Source: Bacillota bacterium (GTDB taxonomy: Bacteria; Bacillota_I; Bacilli_A; RF39; UBA660). Taken from it: a stretch of 64,000 bases of DNA. Shown here piece by piece: positions 38,431-48,815 of the stretch. Numbering within the stretch: position 1 is the first letter of the stretch; each line of letters starts with the position of its first letter. Position numbers and translations under genes: made by a program. Under the pieces are notes generated by a model. That model saw only the letters and a program-made list of their open reading frames with translations, searched no databases and was not told the origin of the DNA. The stretch is taken from assembly GCA_021771185.1 (NCBI GenBank), contig JAETPN010000003.1, positions 70,575 to 134,574 of the forward strand, given 5' to 3'.

Positions 38431-40380
38431 TTATGCTCCCTTTAATTCATACAAAATATCTCGTAATTCCATCGCACGTTCAAAGTCTAAATTTTTAGCT
38501 GCTAATTTCATTTCGTTTTCTACTTTAACCATTAAATCTAACTTTTCTTTTTTACTCATTTTCTCTGGTTTTGAGTCTTCTACATCTTGTGTATTTGAAA
38601 TCACTTCACGAATCTCTTTGATAATTGTTTTTGGTGTAATACCATGTTTTTTATTATAATCCATTTGAATATGACGACGACGTTCTGTTTCAGTGATCGC
38701 TTCTTTCATAGAATCACTTATGGTATCCGCATACATAATAACTTTTCCACCAGCATTTCGTGCGGCACGTCCGATGGTTTGAATTAAACTCCTAGTACTA
38801 CGTAAAAATCCTTGTTTATCTGCATCCATAATTGCGATTAAGCTAACTTCTGGGATATCAATACCTTCACGAAGTAAGTTAATTCCAACCACAACATCAT
38901 ATTTCCCAACACGTAAATCATGAATAATTTTCATTCGTTCCAATGTTTTTACCTCACTATGAAGATAAGCAACTTTAATATCTAATTTCTTTAAATAGGT
39001 GGTTAATTCCTCAGCCATTCGAATCGTTAAGGTAGTGATTAATACACGTTCATTTTTCTCCATACGCTTTTGAATTTGTTCTAATAAATCATCAATTTGA
39101 CCTGCTGTTGGTTTTACTTCTATTTCTGGATCTAATAAACCTGTTGGACGAATTATTTGTTCCACATAACGTTGATTACATAATTCTAATTCGTAATCTC
39201 CTGGAGTAGCGGAAACATAAATCACTTGATCTAATTTACTTTCAAATTCATCAAATTGTAAGGGACGATTATCCATCGCACTAGGTAAGCGAAAGCCATA
39301 ATCAACTAATACTCTTTTACGTGCTTGATCCCCATTATACATTCCTCGTACCTGAGGAACTGTCGCATGGGATTCATCAATGATCATTAAAAAGTTTTTC
39401 TTAAAGAAATCGAGTAGGGTAGTTGGTGTTTCACCTGCCTTCTTTAAAGCCATATGTCTAGAGTAATTTTCTACACCACGACAAAATCCCGTTTCACTTA
39501 ACATTTCCATATCATAATTGGTTCGTTCTTTTAAACGTTGTGCCTCTAAAAGTTTATTTTCAGCTTCAAATTCTTTTAATCGATCTTCTAATTCTAAACG
39601 AATATTTTCAATAGCGATCTTCAATTTATCTTCACTTGTTACAAAGTGACTTGCTGGAAAAATACTAATACTTTTTTTATTATTTGTAACAACACCCGTC
39701 AGGGTATCAAATTCACTAATACGTTCAATTTCATCGCCAAAAAATTCAATACGAATTCCTTTTCCATGTTGGGAAATAGGAATAATCTCTAAAGTGTCTC
39801 CACGGACACGAAAAGTTCCACGCTTCAAATCCATATTATTGCGTTCATATAACATATCAACTAGTTTTTCTAATACTTGATCACGATCTACCTCTTCACC
39901 CACACCAAGGGTTAACATTTTTTTCTCGTATTCCTCAATTTCACCAATACCATAAATACAAGATACCGAAGCAACAACAATTACATCATCATATTTTAAT
40001 AAAGAACTCGTTGCATAGTGACGTAATTCATCAATTTCATCATTAATCGCAGCATCTTTTTCAATATATGTATCCGTTTTAGCAACATATGCTTCTGGTT
40101 GATAATAATCGTAATAACTTACAAAGTAACACACATGGTTATTGGGAAATAATTCTTTCATTTCTGCATAGAGCTGACCTGCAAGTGTTTTATTGTGCGC
40201 CAAAATTAATGTTGGTTTATTTATCTTTTGTATTACATTAGCAACCGTAAATGTCTTTCCAGTTCCCGTTGCACCTAGTAAAACCTGATGTTTCTTTCCC
40301 TCTTGTAATCCCTTTACTAACTCTTCGATCGCCTGAGGCTGATCCCCTGATGGCTTAAATTTTGATACTAAATTGAACAT
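38431..40380 (-). CDS. uvrB: excinuclease ABC subunit B
   Basis: [32 protein letters not shown]-terminal UVR domain ([15 protein letters not shown]). Start ATG 40378-40380, 6 nt after GAGGTG. Confidence 0.95.
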   Translation of the reverse strand: MFNLVSKFKPSGDQPQAIEELVKGLQEGKKHQVLLGATGTGKTFTVANVIQKINKPTLILAHNKTLAGQLYAEMKELFPNNHVCYFVSYYDYYQPEAYVAKTDTYIEKDAAINDEIDELRHYATSSLLKYDDVIVVASVSCIYGIGEIEEYEKKMLTLGVGEEVDRDQVLEKLVDMLYERNNMDLKRGTFRVRGDTLEIIPISQHGKGIRIEFFGDEIERISEFDTLTGVVTNNKKSISIFPASHFVTSEDKLKIAIENIRLELEDRLKEFEAENKLLEAQRLKERTNYDMEMLSETGFCRGVENYSRHMALKKAGETPTTLLDFFKKNFLMIIDESHATVPQVRGMYNGDQARKRVLVDYGFRLPSAMDNRPLQFDEFESKLDQVIYVSATPGDYELELCNQRYVEQIIRPTGLLDPEIEVKPTAGQIDDLLEQIQKRMEKNERVLITTLTIRMAEELTTYLKKLDIKVAYLHSEVKTLERMKIIHDLRVGKYDVVVGINLLREGIDIPEVSLIAIMDADKQGFLRSTRSLIQTIGRAARNAGGKVIMYADTISDSMKEAITETERRRHIQMDYNKKHGITPKTIIKEIREVISNTQDVEDSKPEKMSKKEKLDLMVKVENEMKLAAKNLDFERAMELRDILYELKGA

Positions 40381-40482
40381 TTTCATCACCTCATTTCGAC
40401 CACTGTCAGTCACAAAATTTGTATCCAAATCTATTATTTTTATTGACCTGTTCTATATATCTATTTATTTTCCCTATGAAAT

Positions 40483-41523
40483 TTATATTTTTGTTCTTTT
40501 TAAATCACTTATCATTTTAACCAAAGGAAAATATTCACCTGGGCAGGATGGCTTTACGATAGGATTAACATTATTATGACCAATTAAATGATCTGTATCA
40601 ATTATAAAATCATAATTATATTTATCTTTCATATATTTAATTATTTTCTTTATTATCTCTAAACTGTTTTTATATTGAATATCAGTTAATGACCCATCAA
40701 AGCTTTCATGCTCAATAGAAAATGTATAATAATTAGCATTTATTTTTCTATTTCTTATTATATCATTTGTGGAAAATTTGTAATACGCATTGCTTGTATC
40801 GTTTACTGAAGTACCATTTGCCCAAGCGCAATCATCTAAGGATACAATTTGTTTAACTCTTCCATCTCTAGCTATAACGAAGTGCGCAGATACTTCTGAA
40901 TGTGGATCATAAAATGTTTTAATAGCTTTTTCATAATTATTGCAAATATGACAAACTATCATATCAGGTATAATTTTTCTATCTTTATAACAATTACTAG
41001 AAAAATTTGCATCTTCAATTGAACTGATATCTACATACTCAACCATTATCTTAGAAATATCTTCTTCTTTTAATGTAATAATATTTAAATTATAGGATTT
41101 TAAGACACTATTAATTTTCGTTTTTATATCTAAATCATTATATTTTCTAACAAACAAAAAATAATTTATAAACAAAAGTAAATATTTTTTATCATTTAAT
41201 TGTATCAATTTATCTAATAACAAATTTAGATGTTTCATATTTAATTTTTTGGTATCAAATGCAACATAATAAATGGTCTTTGCATCATTGCAATTTAAAA
41301 TACTTGTAAGTAATTTATCGTAATATTTCTCATCTATTATTCTTATTAAAAAGTGTAAATAATGATAATCTTCAAGTTCTATAATTTTATCAACAATGTC
41401 GTCTGTTTTATATTTTCGATGATAAAAATAAAACAAAAATAATAAACGAGCACTTTTATTCTCGTAAATTTCACAATATAAATTTTCTATATCATTTTTA
41501 CCATTAATAATTTTTTCAATCAT
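40483..41523 (-). CDS. N-acetylmuramoyl-L-alanine amidase (Amidase_2/PGRP fold) with about 190-aa N-terminal helical-repeat domain
   Basis: C-terminal half: SAHFVIARDG, FSIEHE, HLIGHNNV...KPSCPG (Zn ligands of Amidase_2). No signal peptide or TM. N-terminal half is Leu/Tyr/Lys-rich repeats of no family I recognise. Confidence 0.7.
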   Translation of the reverse strand: MIEKIINGKNDIENLYCEIYENKSARLLFLFYFYHRKYKTDDIVDKIIELEDYHYLHFLIRIIDEKYYDKLLTSILNCNDAKTIYYVAFDTKKLNMKHLNLLLDKLIQLNDKKYLLLFINYFLFVRKYNDLDIKTKINSVLKSYNLNIITLKEEDISKIMVEYVDISSIEDANFSSNCYKDRKIIPDMIVCHICNNYEKAIKTFYDPHSEVSAHFVIARDGRVKQIVSLDDCAWANGTSVNDTSNAYYKFSTNDIIRNRKINANYYTFSIEHESFDGSLTDIQYKNSLEIIKKIIKYMKDKYNYDFIIDTDHLIGHNNVNPIVKPSCPGEYFPLVKMISDLKRTKI

Positions 41524-41824
41524 ATGTTTCTCCCTTTATAATAACATTTTAATCATTAGATATATTTTTTTATCATAATCACAAATTTATTTTTAAAATA
41601 AATAATACCAAATAACATGAAACATCATTAGATAGCAAATTACTTATCAAGTTTACCATTTTTAACACTTAAAAACAAGGAAAATAGTAGGATCCGATTT
41701 GATATGGTGCTGGATCAATTTATATCATCACATGATCTAATATAGAATCAATTGGTGATACAAATTCAATTGTCATATCTTTATGCACACGTATTTCCTA
41801 ACTTAGAATACACACCAATCACAT

Positions 41825-42202
41825 TTATAATTTTCTTTTTTTAATCAGTTTGTGAGATTTTTGACCAAAATTTGTACAGTTCTCTTTTAAATATCCAATT
41901 TGAAATGTATTTAACTTATCATATGGAAAATTATAACCATTTACAAGAGATATAACTTCTTTTTTATCGTTTATCAATAATACTGGAATTTCAGCATAAG
42001 GAAAAACTTTTACTTCATAAATTTCTTGAATGATTCTTTCATAATTAATTTCTGAAATAAATTCTGTTATATCATAAATTTCCATATCGCTACCTTTACC
42101 AATTATCATTTTATAAACGATATCACCATCTAATCTTCTATTGATTCCTCTTAATTCTATCTTCCAATCCTTCGGACGCCATATATGATTTATTCTCCCC
42201 AT
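41825..42202 (-). CDS. hypothetical protein (125 aa)
   Basis: ORF only; GGAGGAAC RBS before the ATG; no recognisable motif. Confidence 0.45.
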   Translation of the reverse strand: MGRINHIWRPKDWKIELRGINRRLDGDIVYKMIIGKGSDMEIYDITEFISEINYERIIQEIYEVKVFPYAEIPVLLINDKKEVISLVNGYNFPYDKLNTFQIGYLKENCTNFGQKSHKLIKKRKL

Positions 42203-42477
42203 TTTTCTGTTCCTCCATCTATATTTAAATGTGAATCGCTGATGTATCTTTTAAAAAATGAATTATCACAATAATTTTCTATTCGTATGAGCAAATCAAA
42301 AATTATAGATGCTTCTAAAATAAATATAATTTTAGTTAGACTGGCTGCTAAATTCTAATCAAAAGAAAAAATTGATCTAATCCAATTTTTCTTACTTCTA
42401 TAATAGATTATGAGTATTTGCTCCATTATCTTCTTTAAGTGTTTTTAATTAATAGTTCAATTTTTATATAAATGATT

Positions 42478-43041
42478 CTATAAGTTGTTATCATAATTTT
42501 TTATGATTTTGCATTGTTCAGAATTAACTTTTGCAAGTAACACCTTATTAAATACAATATCATCCTTTATTAGTATCATAGTATATTGCTTGGTATTTGA
42601 TGCTTGTTCTGTTCCATCACTACCATAATATTTAACTACTGTAAGTATAATGTTTTCGTTTTCGACCTTATAAGTACCTGTATATAAATTACCTGCCATA
42701 TCAGAGACTGCCAATTTAAAATTATTATTATTATCTAACTGTAATTCATATTGTATAGTAGTAATTAATTCTTTACCATCACTTTTGAACTTTACATTAT
42801 CAGCATATACATTATATTCACCTTTATAAAAACCAATAATGTTCTTGTTATTAGTTGTAGTATTAATATCAACATTTTTATGTTCTTTCAATTGTTTATT
42901 TTCCTGTTTCAAATGATGGATCTCATCTTCTAAAGATTGTTGATTTATTTTAGCATTTTTATCAGCAATATAACCAAAGCCAACAAATCCACCTAAAGCT
43001 AAAATAATGATAGTAGAAATAAATAATCCTTTAAATTTCAA
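42478..43041 (-). CDS. membrane-anchored hypothetical protein (187 aa)
   Basis: N-terminal TM (LFISTIIILALGGFVGFGYI), short coiled coil, then a beta-rich domain. GAGGTGA RBS. Confidence 0.5.
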   Translation of the reverse strand: MKFKGLFISTIIILALGGFVGFGYIADKNAKINQQSLEDEIHHLKQENKQLKEHKNVDINTTTNNKNIIGFYKGEYNVYADNVKFKSDGKELITTIQYELQLDNNNNFKLAVSDMAGNLYTGTYKVENENIILTVVKYYGSDGTEQASNTKQYTMILIKDDIVFNKVLLAKVNSEQCKIIKNYDNNL

Positions 43042-43338
43042 CTTTTTTTCACCTCAATTCATATTTATTATAACATTACTATCTCATTATTAAAAGTATA
43101 ATTTTCAACATGACTTGTAACAAGTTCAACAATAACAATTATCTATTCATTTTATTTACCATCTTTTTAAATAATTGAATAAAATCCATTATGGAAGATT
43201 TTATAAAAATTAAATCAATTTTATCTAAGGTAGTGCTAGTCTATTTGTTGTTTTTTTTGTTTTTCTTTTTATTACCAGTTTATGATAAAACGGTATTGTA
43301 GGATGGGGATATTTTGATATTAAATATTATTTTATTAG

Positions 43339-43842
43339 TTGTTAACTCTTGCAATTCAAAATAAAGCAAAAAATAAAGAAGATGAAAGACATCAATTTAA
43401 ACTATTTAAATCTATAATTCTAGTTATAATTGGTATAATGGGTATTGTACTAGGTAGTGAATTAGTTGTAAATAATGATTCTAGTATTGCAACAAATTTA
43501 AAATTAAGTGAAAAAATCATATCATTAACGATTATCGACTTTGGTACATCATTGCCAGAATTAATGACAACTATTGTATCTTCTAAAAAATGAGAACAGG
43601 ATTTATTACTAGGAAATATTATTGGAAGTAATATTTTCGATATATGCGTTGTTTTAGGAATACCTGTCGCAATATTTGGAACGATTACCCCAATAAGTTT
43701 TCAATCATTGGATTTAATTATGCTCGTTATTTCATCCTTTATATTACTTATTTTTTCCACAACTTCACGTAAAATTACAAGATTTGAAGGAGTTTTAATG
43801 TTATTACTTGCCGTATATTATATATTAGTATTTATGATATAA
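43339..43842 (+). pseudogene. remnant of a CaCA (Na+/Ca2+ exchanger, YrbG-like) gene: C-terminal half only, with in-frame TGA
   Basis: FGTSLPELMTTIVSSKK-TGA-EQDLLLGNIIGSNIFDI is the alpha-2 repeat signature with the conserved Gly codon (GGA) replaced by TGA at 43591-43593. The frame stays open to TAA 43840-43842. The alpha-1 half is absent. Confidence 0.75.
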
Positions 43843-43977
43843 ATAGTGTTAATCACTATTTTTTATATTATTCAAAGAAGTATTTTTAAAATTAAAAATT
43901 GAGTTATAATTTTGAAAATAAAGACATAATTAATGTAAAGTACTTCTTTAAAGAATACTTTTATATTTACTATTTTT

Positions 43978-44010
43978 CATAAAAAAAGACCTTTAGCCCC
44001 TAAAAGTCTT
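43978..44010 (-). terminator. terminator after the 1448-aa surface protein gene
   Basis: AAGACTTTTAG/CTAAAGGTCTT stem (one G-U) at 43986-44010, then TTTTTTTATG on the minus strand. Confidence 0.55.
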
Positions 44011-47000
44011 TTCTTTTTTATATGTTACAAAGATACATATCAAAATAATACTAGCAACAACAATTGTAGTGATAAAAATAATGTATATACTAGTCGAATT
44101 TTTATTAATATGTTTTACTTCATTTTTTTTCTTATCTTTCTTTATAAGGTTTGTATCTTCTTCATTCAATTTATCTTCATCATTAACATTAGTATTTTCT
44201 GAAACGATTGAAGTTGATGAAGTTGTTTCTTCTTTATCTGTAATACTATTGTTTTCACGATAAATATTCTTATTTGTTATTACTGTATCGGAAGAACCAT
44301 TTGTAGAAGCCTCTAACCCGTTAATCACTGCAGTTACCTTACCACGATTTCCTACCTCATCAAAGAAATAAATATCATACGAGCCATTTCTAGTAAATTC
44401 ATATATACCATTTCCATTTTCAAAAGTAACATCTTTACTTGGATTAATCACACGAACAATAACCTTATTTCCAACTCTTTCATAAGTAATAGCCGCTGTT
44501 GGAATTTGTTTATCTATCCAATCAACTTTCGCTATTATACGATTCATATTTCCAGCCGAATCCTCAAATTCAAATGTAAATTCTCCATTCTTTTTAAATG
44601 TATAAGTATTCTTACCATTATTATTTGTTACATTTACATTTTTTTCATTAAATATAATAGTGGCAGTAACATCTTTATTTGTTTTTGACGTTACATCATA
44701 TTTTAAGGTTGCCGTTGGTATAGTTCTATCTATCCAATCAACTTTTGCCGTTGCGGTTCCTTTATTGCCAGATAAATCCTCAAATTCAAATGTAAACTCT
44801 CCATTATCATGGAATACATGAGTATCTTCATTTATGTTTGTTACAATATCTCCGTTCGGATCTTTAACATTTCCATCTTGATCTACTGTGTAATCTTTAA
44901 GAATATTACCATTAATATCTAGAACATTTCCATTATTATCAACACTATAGTCGACTTTACTTGTTACAATAATATCTTCACTAGGTTTTAATGTTGCTAC
45001 AACAAATTTATTCGTTTCTTTTTCAATACTATATTCTATAGTAGCAGTTGGTGCTGTTCTATCTATCCAATCAACTTTTGCTGTAATAGTGCTCGTTTTT
45101 CCATACTTTCCTTGAATTTCAAAATCAAAAACACCATTGTCTGTAAATACGTAAGTATCACTACCACCATTATTAATTACCTTAGCTTCATTGGTCATAT
45201 TAATTATTCTGGCAGTTACATTTCCCGAAGTTGGACCTTCTGGACTATACGCTATTGTAGCAACTGGCGCTGGTTTATTTGTCATATCTTCAAATAAATT
45301 GATCATAGTTGCTGATATAAAACTTCTTCCATCCCCATAATAAGCATCTGATGTTAATTTTACGTACTTAGCCTCTTTTGCTGCATCAATATTTACCTTC
45401 TTAGGCGTTTTATCATCTGGCCAATTTGTTTCAGTAACAACATCTGTCCAATTTTTTCCATCCATACTAACAGAAATTCTTGCACTCTTTATTCTACCAT
45501 TGCTCGCATCTTGTCTTGGATAATATTCTAATGCAGTTAACGTTATAGGTTCAGCTAACTCCATTACTATATATCTTTCTGAATCACTACCATTCCAATT
45601 AGAATGCCACATCGTATTAATATTTCCATCTAAAGCATTTGCTGCTTTTTGATCGGTATTATTGTGTTGACTAGAAAATGAATGTAATTTAATTTTAGAA
45701 AGATTTACATATCTTTCTGTATCTGATTGATTGTCTTCTGTAAAAGTAAATGGACGAGATTCACTTGGTAGTTGATGACCTGTGGCTCCCACTCTAACAT
45801 ATAAGGTTTTATCTCCAGTATTATTTGGGGATGCAGTAGCATATGATGTCCATTCATCAGTTTCACTATTTCTCCACTCATATCTCAAATTGATTCCGAT
45901 TACTCTATTTTCTAAATCATTCGCATACAAGTTATTTGCTATTGATCCATTTGTAATATTAATAGTAAAACGATAATCAGCTAATCCCATAAAAGAGATG
46001 ATAATATCATTTTCTGCTGTAATAGATTCTATTTCTTCCTTTGTTAAAGTAACTGAATCAACATTCACTTGTTCTGTGTAGGTTTTTCCACCATCTAAAC
46101 TATATCCCCACGCTATTTGATAACTAGGATTTCTAACAATTTTACCTCCGTTTTCTCCATCAAAAGAAAATGTCATAGGATCTGGTTGGGCTTTTCCTAG
46201 TAGCCAGTTTGCATGTTCTCTAGCTCCTTCTGCTGAATTAGTAAGATCAGATGTAGCGTTCGTTGCTTTATTTAAAGCTTCCTTTTCAAGTCTATCAATA
46301 TCAAGCTTATTTGCTCCATCCAAATATGGTCTAGTAAGTTTTAATAAATCATACATTGCAACTGGATAATAGGTATAAGCATCAATTATTTGTAGTGATA
46401 AATCATACCAATCATTCGATGTAATTGTTCCATCCGCACTCATAGTTTTATATAAAGTTATAATATAATCATAAGTATCTAAATTTAGTTTGTTAATTTC
46501 TAAGGCTTTAAAGTATGTTTCTAATTTTTTATTATTTTCTGTATATGAGTTGCTAACTAAATTATAATATAAAGATTCTTTATATTTATCATATTCATTT
46601 AAGTTTGCTTGAGCAAGATATAAATATCCAGAACTACTAGCAGAATTACTTCCAGAAATATGTTGATTTGTAAAGTATTTATTGGCCCAGTCTAATGGAT
46701 AACGAACACGTGCAGCTCCACCCCAAGTAGTACCTGTTCCAGACCATCCACCATATCTTCCTGTCCAATAACCATTCCCATTTTCATCTTGAAAATAGTT
46801 AAAGAAAAATTCATGTCCTGGACGATATGCACCTACTGCAGGGATACCATTAACTCGATATAATGCTTGACCAAAACGAGATTGATTCCAACAAATCCCT
46901 CCACCTTCGACTACCATCCAATAATGTTGTCCACTATTTACACCATAAGGGACATTATATTTATCTAATAAATAATTTTTAGTATATTTTTCACGATTTA

Positions 47001-48339
47001 ATTCATCATAAAATCTTGGTTGCCCATAATTTGGAGAAATATAAGGAACTACCCAAAAGTTAAAATCGATTTTATCATGACTATATCCATTAAGCCACTT
47101 GAAATCTATATCACTGCTAGCATCATGAATAACAGTACGCATAAGTGGTATAGAATAATCTTTAAACCACTCATTATCTACCAATGTTCCTGTTAATGAA
47201 TTTGTTGTAAGTCTCTTAAATTTTTTATTATCAAAAGAATCTTTAAGCAATTCATAACGAGTTAGTATATTATAATTATCATACGCACCAAATCTTAATG
47301 GTGATAATAATATGTCACTACTATGGGCTGCGGAAAGAGCTATCATCATTTTTTGATATACATATCCATTTGATTCTTTTAGATCTTCTTTATGTTTTGA
47401 ATATATTAACATAAAATCTTCCAGAAATTTTGGAGCATTAACTGGACCCACTTCAATCATTTGTTCCATTACTTCATTACTATCAAATATCCAATTTAAT
47501 GTATTCATAGCATCATTACTAACTTCTGATAAATTTTGAATGGTCCAATATCCAAATTTATTGACAATTTCTCTTTCAAGAATTAATCTATAATTATTTT
47601 CCATATTATATTCAACATCATGTGCTGAAAGAATTTCATCATAATATTCTAATTTATGTATTCTTGGAAATGAAAGTGCGTCTTTATCGAAATCCTCTGT
47701 TACAAGACGAGCGTTAGCTATAGTTCCATGGTCTGCCGCATTACCACCATTAGGATCTACATAAATTCTAAGATATTTATATCCTTTAACACTTAAATCT
47801 ACTTGGACGGCGTTTGATTTTGCTACTATATTTGAAGTTTTATGTAGTGAATCCCAGTTGTTTCCATCATTAGATGCTAGTATTTCAATCCAAAAATTTG
47901 ATTCTTGAGTCTTTGAAGCATCTACTCCTAAATAAGCTATAAATCTTGAAAACTTATTTGAATATTCACTAATATCATAAGTTGCTTGTCCTTTAGCATG
48001 AATAACTATACCTTTAGCAAAACTACGTTTTTCTCCCTCTATAAATAAACTTATAGGGTTACCCTCTTGACCTTTATCCACTGTAATTGAATGGCCTCCC
48101 CAACCATTATATGACCAATTGTTATCAGTAATATAATCTAGGTCAGATAAATACTTGACTTTACTTTTATCAGATAATAAATAAGTATTAGCTTTTGTAG
48201 ATAACTTTATATCTGATATGAAAATTTGATCTAGGTGTCCTACCATACACATAAAAAGTAGGAAAGGAACTATGATCAATATTAAATTGCTTTTATTTAT
48301 AAATTTAAACTTGTTCTTTTGTTTTTTCATAAACCACAT
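43993..48339 (-). CDS. 1448-aa surface protein: NPCBM carbohydrate-binding module, transglutaminase-like core, F5/8 type C (discoidin) domain, four Ig-like repeats, C-terminal TM anchor
   Basis: Signal anchor. NPCBM-like LSDLDYITDNNWSYNGWGG...ADHGTIANARL. GGGICWNQSRFGQALYRVNGIPAVGAYRPGHEFF (Cys...His). ANALDGNINTMWHSNWNG...YYPRQDASNGRI (F5/8-C). Four modules bounded by AKVDWID(R/K). Hydrophobic tail IYIIFITTIVVASIILICIFV-KKEK. Start 48339 or 48330. Confidence 0.8.
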   Translation of the reverse strand: MWFMKKQKNKFKFINKSNLILIIVPFLLFMCMVGHLDQIFISDIKLSTKANTYLLSDKSKVKYLSDLDYITDNNWSYNGWGGHSITVDKGQEGNPISLFIEGEKRSFAKGIVIHAKGQATYDISEYSNKFSRFIAYLGVDASKTQESNFWIEILASNDGNNWDSLHKTSNIVAKSNAVQVDLSVKGYKYLRIYVDPNGGNAADHGTIANARLVTEDFDKDALSFPRIHKLEYYDEILSAHDVEYNMENNYRLILEREIVNKFGYWTIQNLSEVSNDAMNTLNWIFDSNEVMEQMIEVGPVNAPKFLEDFMLIYSKHKEDLKESNGYVYQKMMIALSAAHSSDILLSPLRFGAYDNYNILTRYELLKDSFDNKKFKRLTTNSLTGTLVDNEWFKDYSIPLMRTVIHDASSDIDFKWLNGYSHDKIDFNFWVVPYISPNYGQPRFYDELNREKYTKNYLLDKYNVPYGVNSGQHYWMVVEGGGICWNQSRFGQALYRVNGIPAVGAYRPGHEFFFNYFQDENGNGYWTGRYGGWSGTGTTWGGAARVRYPLDWANKYFTNQHISGSNSASSSGYLYLAQANLNEYDKYKESLYYNLVSNSYTENNKKLETYFKALEINKLNLDTYDYIITLYKTMSADGTITSNDWYDLSLQIIDAYTYYPVAMYDLLKLTRPYLDGANKLDIDRLEKEALNKATNATSDLTNSAEGAREHANWLLGKAQPDPMTFSFDGENGGKIVRNPSYQIAWGYSLDGGKTYTEQVNVDSVTLTKEEIESITAENDIIISFMGLADYRFTINITNGSIANNLYANDLENRVIGINLRYEWRNSETDEWTSYATASPNNTGDKTLYVRVGATGHQLPSESRPFTFTEDNQSDTERYVNLSKIKLHSFSSQHNNTDQKAANALDGNINTMWHSNWNGSDSERYIVMELAEPITLTALEYYPRQDASNGRIKSARISVSMDGKNWTDVVTETNWPDDKTPKKVNIDAAKEAKYVKLTSDAYYGDGRSFISATMINLFEDMTNKPAPVATIAYSPEGPTSGNVTARIINMTNEAKVINNGGSDTYVFTDNGVFDFEIQGKYGKTSTITAKVDWIDRTAPTATIEYSIEKETNKFVVATLKPSEDIIVTSKVDYSVDNNGNVLDINGNILKDYTVDQDGNVKDPNGDIVTNINEDTHVFHDNGEFTFEFEDLSGNKGTATAKVDWIDRTIPTATLKYDVTSKTNKDVTATIIFNEKNVNVTNNNGKNTYTFKKNGEFTFEFEDSAGNMNRIIAKVDWIDKQIPTAAITYERVGNKVIVRVINPSKDVTFENGNGIYEFTRNGSYDIYFFDEVGNRGKVTAVINGLEASTNGSSDTVITNKNIYRENNSITDKEETTSSTSIVSENTNVNDEDKLNEEDTNLIKKDKKKNEVKHINKNSTSIYIIFITTIVVASIILICIFVTYKKEKTFRG
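44300..45290 (-). repeat. four tandem Ig-like coding repeats with conserved junctions
   Basis: Identical 26-mer gttctatctatccaatcaacttttgc at 44723-44748 and 45056-45081. A 19-nt version occurs near 44510-44530. Confidence 0.8.
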
Positions 48340-48730
48340 TGCTCCTTTTTATTTGATTAGTTTTTAATATATTCGCATATTTTTACATTAATGATATTAA
48401 TCTTTTTTTAACCATTTTTCAAGAAAAAATGTCAACAAATGACAAAGGTTTACATTAATTTTTTTGTTCTTTATATTTCCCAAACAAAAAAACATTTTTA
48501 TGCACGACAAAGAATGTTTGTTTTTACAAACTCATCGATATTATTTTATGTGTAACATACCTCTGATGTGCCAACTTTTATCCACACGATCTTTCAAATT
48601 TTAAATTAAATTTCTCTTCAATTTACTTATATTTTTTCTATTAGGAATTCTTATGTTTTTTTCTTCTATTTGGGAAATAATCAATCATACCAATTTTATT
48701 AATAATTGATATCTAATTATTTTTTTAATA

Positions 48731-48757
48731 TTTAAAAAACTGAAGTTTGATCTTCAG
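48731..48757 (-). terminator. terminator downstream of PH-domain gene
   Basis: CTGAAG (48740-48745) / CTTCAG (48752-48757), then TTTTTTAAATATT on the minus strand. Confidence 0.45.
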
Positions 48758-48815
48758 ATTTTCATAAAATTATATTCTTTTTCAAAAAAAATGATATTAT
48801 CATCATTTTTAGTTA

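Noticed and set aside
41640-41824. There may be a gene remnant here: an 18-codon ORF MTIEFVSPIDSILDHVMI followed by out-of-frame coding-like sequence upstream of the amidase gene.
   Set aside because: It is too short, has no RBS and has no recognisable family. I cannot distinguish it from random AT-rich sequence without a blastx search.
48578-48586. A perfect canonical DnaA box TTATCCACA lies in the 476-bp intergenic region upstream of the 1448-aa surface protein gene.
   Set aside because: It is a single isolated 9-mer. About one such match is expected by chance in 64 kb on two strands. There is no cluster, and it lies 12 kb from oriC.
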